Assembly (NCBI RefSeq): GCF_000400465.1
Contig: NW_008806275.1
Coordinates: 1 to 32,000 of the forward strand
Reading direction: 5' to 3'
Source: Wallemia ichthyophaga EXF-994
Taxonomy: Eukaryota > Fungi > Basidiomycota
DNA: 32,000 nt
The stretch's first letter is position 1. Each line of letters starts with the position of its first letter. A program made the position numbers and the translations under genes. The notes below the pieces were generated by a model that worked only from the letters and a program-made list of their open reading frames with translations, ran no database searches and was not told where the DNA came from. Shown piece by piece: positions 12,016 to 21,432 of the stretch.

Positions 12016-13234
12016 CTAGGCTCTTAAGACTGGGAGCTCATAATCATTGACGTTGTTTTTGCTTTTAACTGTATTTTCCTTCTCGTAGTTATCTATCCTA
12101 GGACTAGGAGGAAACGAATAGTTCGAAAGGCTTGAAATACGATCGTTTCTCTGTGAGAACCTATAACAAATCAGTCTGAAGTCTGAGACCAACCTCAAAC
12201 TCACTGTCTAAACTTCGGCTTCAGGCAAGGCATGAAAATGCAACTCAATCTAATGTACTCTTTTCTAGCCTCCTCTGAAAGTCCAAAGAACAAGAAGAAG
12301 ATAATAGATGACAAGATTGGCACTATCCAGCTCGCTATATTTACGCTTAGTTGATGTTGAGTCATTTCAGATTTACTAAGTCGATAGATGACGGAAAAGT
12401 GAGCGTGAACTTGGTTCCAGCTATTATAAGGTAGTAAATGTCCGTTATTTGCTTGAATGTTGACGACTAGTTGAGCTATTGCGGCTGCGACAGTGAGAGT
12501 AAGCATCACCACGGCAAGTCCTATCAAACGGAAGTATCTACTCTTAGTGAGACCGTGCGTTTTCATTTTGAACAAGTCTGTGAATGTTTCTTTATGCTGG
12601 TAGAAACTTCGGATTGTCTTGACTATCGAAAATGGGCATTATGTAATCCTTCAAAATGTAAACTCACATGAGTAAAAAGCCGCTACCATTGCAAAAATAA
12701 ATGGAAGAAGGGACGTGTGAACGAGAGAAAGCCATGAAGGCCAAACCACAGGCATACAACCAATACCTTCGACGAGGTTGAATCGTCGATCTTGAACTAC
12801 CAAGTGTAGTACCATATAGATGATAGGGACAAGAACACCAAACGCTAGTTCGATCAAGAGCTTTTTTTGCCTGTCCTTCCTGCTTGTATTAACTACAGAT
12901 GCTGTTGCTATGTTTGACAGGTTGCGCAAAATACATGCTGCTGTGGTCGGTATGGCGATATTTGCTCCGATTATCAGCTTTGTTGCTGCTTCGATTAATA
13001 ATAGTCACTGTTATTCCGTCTGTACTCACTAATGTCACACCAAACTGGAGTACGAATGTCAACATTATCGTGCCAAACGATTGAGTTGATAAAATAAGTG
13101 AAGTTTACAATTGCAAGCCAAGCAATAAGAATAAGAACACTGGTATTGCGTACACGGTAGTGCCATGCGCAAGGCAATATGGTGATGATCACAGCGAGTA
13201 TTGAAATGATTGGTAGGGCCACCAAAGAAGACAT
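12016..13234 (-). CDS. STE3: STE3-type pheromone receptor (class D GPCR)
   Basis: LPCAWHYRVRNTSVLILIAWL...NSIVWHDNVDIRTPVWCDI/TTKLIIGANIAIP...CILRNLSNIA...VQDRRFNLVEGIGCMP...RYFRLIGLAV...WNQVHAHFSVI...FFLFFGLSEEARKEY. Seven hydrophobic segments after splicing. Confidence 0.96.
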
Positions 13235-13299
13235 GATAGTCGTTTAGATTATGCAACTAATATCGCTTAATCGCTTTATCATTCGTTCCCTTTCTCCGT

Positions 13300-13462
13300 T
13301 CATTGTCTCAATTAATTTACATCGCACAATGATTTTAATGCAGGAACGATCAAGTCATGCGTAAAAAGAAAAAGAAAATGGAAGCCTCATTGTCCTTCTG
13401 ATGACAGAGTTTTGATCAAACGAGAACAGTGAAAGATAAGCGCAATAAGGTTCAGACAATGA
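13300..13462. promoter_or_regulatory. Cluster of four (G/C)ACAATGA motifs, putative HMG-box/pheromone-response elements in the STE3-pheromone bidirectional promoter
   Basis: TCATTGT at 13300-13306 and 13387-13393; ACAATGA at 13326-13332 and 13456-13462. The core matches the ACAAT HMG-box consensus. Confidence 0.55.
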
Positions 13463-13527
13463 TATTTAGAGATTATAATTAAGAGAGCTTCCTCTTGAAT
13501 TTTCTACATCGTGTCACAAACGTAGCA

Positions 13528-13647
13528 ATGATACCAGAAATTGAAGTCTCACAAATCCAAGTTGACCAAGTCCACATCAACGTAGAGAGAGAAGAGCCGG
13601 GTGAAAATGAGACATATGGTAGCTCATCTGGTTGCATCATTACTTAA
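13528..13647 (+). CDS. Lipopeptide mating pheromone precursor (39 aa, CAAX = CIIT)
   Basis: MIPEIEVSQIQVDQVHINVEREEPGENETYGSSSGCIIT*. Terminal CAAX, ER dipeptide upstream of the predicted mature peptide, divergent from STE3 across 293 bp. Confidence 0.9.
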   Translation: MIPEIEVSQIQVDQVHINVEREEPGENETYGSSSGCIIT

Positions 13648-13668
13648 GGAAAAGTAAGTGTCTACTAA

Positions 13669-13695
13669 GAGTCTTTGTGAATCTGACAAAGACTC
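13669..13695. repeat. Perfect 10-bp inverted repeat (GAGTCTTTGT / 7-nt loop / ACAAAGACTC) in the pheromone 3' UTR
   Basis: Arms at 13669-13678 and 13686-13695 are exact reverse complements. Confidence 0.75.
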
Positions 13696-13740
13696 CACCA
13701 GGTCTATCCAATGCAGTCTGCTTTTACTTAGAACTTTGAC

Positions 13741-13942
13741 AATATGTAAAAAGGCAATCAATGATGATAAATATAACTATATGTCAATTATCACCTTTCC
13801 ACAGATCCTATCATTGAGCCTTTTAATATACAAATAAACTAACACCTTTTGTGTTGTCTGATGGGCGAATATTAAAAAGACAGTCAATGATAAATACAAC
13901 TTTACTTCTATCATCACCTTTCCCCAAATCCTACTGTTGAGC
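13741..13942. repeat. Imperfect direct repeat of about 75-79 bp (13741-13819 and 13868-13942); second copy contains the CAF1 stop codon
   Basis: Shared blocks aatat(g)taaaaag / tcaatga / taaata-aact / atcacctttcc / atccta / ttgagc, aligned by eye. Confidence 0.75.
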
Positions 13943-15062
13943 GATTTTGATGATAAGGTGCAATAGGTTGGGGGCCAACGTAAGGCGTAGGTATAGGGTT
14001 ACTCATAGGAGTGAATGGTGCTCCTGGAGTCTGTATAGCACTAGCGCCAGCTCCTATGCCGATGCCATACAAATATCCCATACAATGAAGTCTGTGTTGA
14101 GTTAGCCAAGCCTAGAACCAAGCGAAGTACCCCACAATTGTCTGTCCCTCTCAGATGCACCATCAAAAAACTTACTGCGCATAGAGAAGAATGAAGCAGA
14201 TGTGACCAATGAATCTGATCCTGCTTGATGCTGTGGGCCTATCCGCATTACCTGATGAAAGTCAGCCGATTCGGCATGACGAAACAGACGTGTCTAACCT
14301 GCAACTCATCTGCTATATCTTGTAGACCACCTTTAAGAAGCCTGTTGATCTTCATAACGTACTTGATGTCGAATATGCAGGGGAACCATATGCGAAGTAG
14401 ATCAAAAAAATCAGTTTCATTTGAAGGTAGTGGCAGCGCCGTAAGAACTTTGAGTAAGTAACCAAAGTCATATCCACTGCATCAATCAGTTGCGTACTAT
14501 GTACTTGCAGTCTATACATACCTATGAAACGATATCCAGTGAACATGATCAAACAGAACAAAACCAGATGTGACTAGCTTCTCACCAAATTCCTCTATAT
14601 CGACACCATTAGCTTCCAGCCTCTTGAAATTTATCCCAGATTTCGTGAGTAATTCTATTGAATCGGGTGCGTACATATCATCACTGCGAATGTCATGAGA
14701 ATGGGACAAAGATGATGGTGAGAATACTCACTTCAAATTGAATTTGAAATTGAATTGCCAAGTTGGATATTCGGGCATGTTCCCCTCTGCGTCAGCGATA
14801 GTGATACCCAATTGAATGATTTTAAGGAGATCTACGTTGCACCGTAACGTTTGGTAATGGTAATCTGAAGAATTCTTAAAGTTCCCAATCGGCCTTGCTA
14901 CAACACCAGGAAATTCCGTGTCCTAGGGCTGTTAGCCTGAGTGTCAAAGATGACAGCCAAACTAACCATGGACACGTATGGATATCGATCTACTAATTCA
15001 CGGAGAATATCTAATTCGGCATCAAGATTATCTGCCCAAACCTCGCGAATCTGGCTCTGCAT
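13914..15062 (-). CDS. CAF1: CCR4-NOT deadenylase subunit Caf1/Pop2 (DEDD nuclease)
   Basis: IREVWADNL...[17 protein letters not shown]...[17 protein letters not shown]...WQFNFKF...[12 protein letters not shown]...[15 protein letters not shown]; stop TGA at 13916-13914. Confidence 0.97.
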
Positions 15063-15116
15063 CTTTCTTGATAGTAGTAAATCAAGTCGACGGAATAGTC
15101 TAAAAATCTGAATTAA

Positions 15117-16096
15117 ATGGTTTTACAGGACAAATATAAAGCAAAGGCTTCTCGCGCATGGAAATCTTCTAGAGGCTTGAGTACAGCCACGAGACCTAAC
15201 AGAAGACCCCCACCGCCACCACCAACACTCACTGATGAAGTAGCATTCCCAGAGCTTCAGAAGCAGGATGTCCCCATTGATAGTGGAAGTGGAAGTGGAA
15301 GTGGGAGTGACACTGGAGACGATTCTCAGGATGAATCCAATTCCGCGGGTGGAGTTGCAGTTGCAGCTAGCATTACTAGCAACAGTAAGTTGACAATATC
15401 TGATCAACAGCTATCTCAATCAAGTAGCCGCTAGGCGATCACAGCACCCAAAGTTTTCTAGGCGGCGTTTGGTAAATAACTCTAGTAGATATGATGAGCC
15501 AGACGACGAAGGCGAGGAAGGTTTGAATATTCATTTAACTCACCTTTATTTACTAAGGATATACAAGGTCATTCATCAAATGAAGATTACGATATGTCCA
15601 CTTTCATGACGAAATCTGCAAATGTGGATGATGATGTTGGTCAATATAGTACACAGAAGGCCGTTAATATAGACGAGGGCGATATAGATTATGACTTAGC
15701 AAATAGGGATAGGAATAATAATCGGCAGGTACTTCAAATGGACACACAGAGTACCAAAGAATTAAGGGAAATGCATAAAGACAGAATCAACGCTGAAGCG
15801 GGTTGGAGTGAGTCTGCAGACCACTTTTGTGACATCGCTGATTATATTTAGACCTCAAATCTCGTCTTAGAGGCGAATCTGGTAGGCAATACATTCAGCG
15901 ATACGAATCTTCAAAGAAAACGTCGGATCAAAGCAACGACAACCACTTTTTCGACAGTATAAGCAACACTCCGGCTTTGATAGGAATCCAAACAAACAAT
16001 AAGGACGACAAAGTCATACCAGAAGCTAACGAATCGTCAACAGTCGTTCCACAAGGCATCGCAGAAGATCAAGATTTTCTGGATAATTTGATTTAA
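15117..16096 (+). CDS. Hypothetical, largely disordered protein with Aven-like motifs
   Basis: Four in-phase exons give [15 protein letters not shown]...[16 protein letters not shown]...DYDMSTFM...[10 protein letters not shown]. The Aven resemblance comes from recalled motifs only. Confidence 0.65.
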
Positions 16097-16267
16097 TAAT
16101 GCATGATAATAATTGAAATAGAAGATACGAGCTAAACAAGTGATTTAGTGAATCAATCGTCTCGATTGATAAATAGTTCAAGACGTCATTACGGTATTGA
16201 GATATATTCATTTGTAGATATAGTTTGCAATTATTGATCTATCATGCAAGAGCATCTTGGTATTGAC

Positions 16268-17190
16268 TTAGATCTTTGGTTCTCTTTCAGCGTCTCTTTC
16301 AGCCTTTGCAATGCGGAAAGCTTTCTGGTATGGCTGTAATGAAATTAGAATATATATCGGTTAGCTTCAATGGCTCTTACCTCTTTATCTTCCTCTGAGA
16401 GATCCTTCCACATTTGAGAAGCAGCTTTCATTGCATGTTTGGAGTCACCAAGGTCTAAGGTGAGCTGTGGGATGATCTCAGACATGTAACGATTGCGAGC
16501 ATTAGCGAGTCCTTTAGTTCTAGTAGCTTTATCGGCTTGCTTAGCTTCACGTTCAGATCTGTTCATCTCTTTGCGATACTCTGCAGGGATTGAAAGCTGC
16601 TTGGCTCCAGATTCTCTGCGAATGTTATTGATGTGGCTGATGTCTGAGAAAGTCTTGGTCATCCACCAGTTCCTCTCTTCAGGCTTGTAAAGCTTGTAGG
16701 CATCATGGTAAGCGGACTCATATGGCTTTGGTTTGTAAGACAGATGAAAAAGTGACAAACAAAGACAAACCTCCTTTTGAGTCTCAAAAAGGCTTTCCCA
16801 TGCAGGTGAAGCAACTTTTTGACCGAATTCAATCGGATTGATTTTTGCGTATGGCTTGAACTTCTTCTCTTCCTCAATGAGATAGTGCATGTAGCGCAGG
16901 TAAGGTGACTTTGGCTTCACTGGAGGATCGATTTCCGGTATGCCTGACTCGTTTATTTAGCAGAAATAGTGTTCTAAACAAAGTTCACCCACGGATACGT
17001 TCTCTAAATTGGATAGGGGTATGGCCGAAATCACGCGTAAGCAGCGAAGGCAAAGCGCCAGCGACGCCTTTGACTGGTGAAAGACCTGCTTCGATCAGTT
17101 ATATTCAGTGCAAAATACTTCAAGCTCCTCACCTTTGTTTGGGACGGAAGCACGTGTAAGGTTGAGTGATGCAAAGCCTTTAGCAAACAT
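16268..17190 (-). CDS. Tandem HMG-box protein with predicted mitochondrial presequence (mitochondrial nucleoid HMG-like)
   Basis: Box 1: PPVKPKSPYLRYM...FGQKVASPAWESLFETQKE/PYESAYHDAYKLY. Box 2: ANARNRYMSE...AMKAASQMWKDLSEEDKE/PYQKAF. N-terminus: MFAKGFASLNLTRASVPNKGLSPVKGVAGALPSLLTRDFGHT. Confidence 0.82.
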
Positions 17191-17341
17191 CGATGGTGAT
17201 GGAAGATGGTCAAGGGATAAAATGAGGAACCACAAATTTAAATAGAGAATAAAAAAATCATCTGGTCTTTAAGTTGTGCCTTACATCACCTTTCACCGTT
17301 CCAATCCGGTACTTGGCCGAGAACCCCACAGTGAAAAATAC

Positions 17342-17385
17342 AATTAAGAAAATTAAGAAAACAATGAAAACAATGAGAACAATGA
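17342..17385. repeat. 9-bp-period tandem repeat (aattaagaa x2, then ACAATGA-containing unit x3) between the SIT4 stop and the HMG start
   Basis: ACAATGA at 17361, 17370 and 17379. Confidence 0.75.
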
Positions 17386-17456
17386 AAAGTATAAGAACAA
17401 AGCGGACGAAGCGATAAGAACGATGAATTAATAAATGATGCACAATTTACAAAGAA

Positions 17457-18898
17457 TTACAAGCTGGTGATTTGGCGGTAACTTTAGTGGCAAGTAGTGA
17501 GAGACTAAGAATAGACTCACAAGTACTGAGAGGGTGTGACCCGTGTTGCTGAACCCCTATCCTGATCTGCCACTGTGAAGATACTCAACAGATGATAAAG
17601 GAACAAGTAAAAACAAACCAGCATCGAAAATCGCGAAGTTGTTCTCTGTGACAGGCTCATTCTCTTTTACTTTGAGAACACTTGCAACGTTCCCTTTGTC
17701 GAAGTAAGCAAATTGACAGAAATTGTGGAATGTTGACGAACCGCATCTATAACAGTAGTTTGGCGCCGACCACACGGTCACTAAATCGTTGTCAGGAAAC
17801 ATAAATTTGCTTCTCTTGAGTGAGTCGCAGTCCAAATGAAATGTGGCAACCTACTATCCCTCTTGGATAAGTTGATGAGCGCGCGCAATCATATCCAGTC
17901 CGTTTATGTGATTAAACTGGAGTTCAAGTTAAAACAAATATCAGCGTAGAAATGTGATATACCTCTTTCGTAACCTTATTACCAAACAGCCAACCAGCCC
18001 CTCTGGGACTAATACTCCAATGCTCAACATCATCAGGATCTGACCACATGAGATCTAAATGGTATTAACAGAGAATATGTGTCAAATCGAGCTATTCACC
18101 ACAGAAAGGCCCATCATGGGGTATTTCTTGCGCTCTTGCTGATTTATTCTGAGCGGTAGAATGATTAAAATAGTATGAAGCTTACCGATCACTCTGATTT
18201 GATCTAATGTCCGCACGTCTGGCGACAAACCACCATGAACACAGAGTATCCTACCATCAATGATCTGAAACCTTTAGCTGTGTTTCAAATTGGTTTGCGA
18301 CTCACAGCAGCTAAATTGAGATAGTCAAATACTTGACAACATGCTTTCCAGACGCTGGCGTTTCCATATTTCTGTTGACACTCGTCTTATACTTTCGATG
18401 AGTGACGAAAGACCGAATGAGCAAGGCAGCTTACCATAGAATCCATATACTTGTGTGATTTGCCTAGATTCATGATTACCGCGCAAAAGGGTTATTCTAT
18501 CTGGGTACCTAATTGACTGTTAAATATGATTTCAAGTATAGAGTGACTAACCTCGCTTTCAACGCCATCAAGAGGGTGAAACTTTCCAGGCTTTGATGAC
18601 CTCTGTCAACGAAGTCGCCCTGTTTATGCTCAGCACTGAGAAATGCAACAACTGAGCGCCTTACCATGAAGATATAGTTGGTATCCCTGCAATCACCGCC
18701 GACCCGCAAAAGCTCAAGTAAATCCCAAAATTGACCATGTATATCTCCACAGACAGTGACAGGACTGGAGACTGGTTGTATGTTTGACTCCTCTATTAGC
18801 AAACCCAGTACTACGTCGCACAAGATCTTGATTTGAGATTCAGCGAGATAGTTTCCAGATAGTATTGTATCGAGCCATTGTTGGGGATCTACTGTCAT
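17457..18898 (-). CDS. SIT4: PP2A-like Ser/Thr phosphatase, Sit4/PP6 subfamily
   Basis: [74 protein letters not shown]-terminal QYFL* is completed by a 7-nt last exon (17463-17457). Confidence 0.92.
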
Positions 18899-18984
18899 TA
18901 TCCGTGCTAGTATCTACGCGGTATATTCTACAAAAGTAATTTGTGTTCGTCGTTTGCTCACAACTCAGTTGCCGAGTTACTGTC

Positions 18985-19934
18985 ATGTCCGCAAAGCAGC
19001 ATCCATTTCTCAGAGGGCTTTCTGAGCTTCTGCCTTACCCATCTGCCCTGCAATCCGTCCCTCACAATCAGCCGGAGACTTGGTTTGACTTAAAGCAGCC
19101 TTCGCTGTGGATCATCATTGGCTCTATAATCTTCAACCCATTGTTTTGGAATATCGTACGTTTGAAAGCCCATTTATTCTATTTTCCTTATTCTTCTGCT
19201 TAGGTGGCTCGTCAAGGTTCGTGTCGTCTTGATTGTGGTCTGTGCTTACACGCAGGAAGAATATCACAACAAGCTACTCACCAAGCTAGCTGGTGGCCGC
19301 CCATATCTTGGCTGCTACTTGCTTGCTTTTACTATCTTCTCTCTGGGTATTCTGCGCGATCACCTGTGTGTATGTTCTCAGCCTCGCGCTTTTCTGACAA
19401 TTTCAGCTTCCAACAAGCATTGGCCGCTCAGCCAAATCTTGTTCCACATCCAGACTACCCAACTGCCCATATTGTCCTCGCTTTTGTGCTCTTCTTCACC
19501 GGTCAATTGCTGGTCATTACTTCAATGTTCGCATTAGGTGTTACTGGAACTTATTTAGGTGACTACTTTGGTATTCTCATGAGTCATCGCGTCACTACCT
19601 TTCCTTTCAACGTCGTGGAAGATCCAATGTACATTGGAAGCACACTCTGTTTCTTGGGCACTTCTCTGTGGTTCAGGTCACCAGCTGGTTTGGCAATCAG
19701 TTTGTTTGTCTTCATAGTCTATCAAGTCGCTCTCAGCTTTGAAGGGTGAGTGATTATGCCGCCGATATTATTGCTGACTTGAGTAGCCCATTCACTGCCA
19801 TGATTTATACGGCAAAGGATAAGAAGTCAGAGAAAGCACCAACAATTGCAGCGGCAGAGCCTTCAGAACCATCTCAAAATAGCTCACCTGCTTACAGAAC
19901 CAGAAGTCGTGCCAGAAAGGTTATTGACGAGTAA
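18985..19934 (+). CDS. OPI3: Phospholipid N-methyltransferase (Opi3/PEMT)
   Basis: IIFNPLFWNIV/AR.EYHNKLLTKL...ALGVTGTYLGDYFGILM...VTTFPFNVVEDPMYIGSTLCFLG...VYQVALSFEG/PFTAMIY. Confidence 0.95.
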
Positions 19935-20015
19935 TTTTCTCTCGTGTTTTGGTTTTCTCAACAAAATCGAAAGGGATTAGATGTATAAGTAAATATAATA
20001 GCAGCTGATAATAAT

Positions 20016-21292
<1,277 letters not shown>

Positions 21293-21432
21293 ATTTTAGA
21301 TGAATGGCAAAATTCAAGAAATGGATCTTCTGTTCTATCAGCACACGCAATAGTCAAATCTCGATAAATCGCCTGAAACGGCGTCTACAAAGGATATTTG
21401 AGTATAATCAATATGTGTGTATTCCTCTATTC

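Noticed and set aside
13760-13940. Short plus-strand ORFs inside the direct repeats ([35 protein letters not shown]) as extra pheromones
   Set aside because: No CAAX terminus; the second is antisense to the CAF1 end.
16026-16211. 61-aa minus-strand ORF between the Aven-like and HMG genes, considered as a remnant HD/SXI gene
   Set aside because: No homeodomain residues; it overlaps the Aven-like C-terminus antisense in AT-rich 3' UTR sequence.
17258-17443. 61-aa hydrophobic minus-strand ORF resembling a single-pass membrane microprotein
   Set aside because: The hydrophobic run is simply the reverse-strand reading of the A-rich 9-bp repeat.
10291-19934. STE14 and OPI3 as a local duplication of related membrane methyltransferases
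   Set aside because: Both are ancient, separately conserved families, with no visible nucleotide similarity or tandem arrangement.
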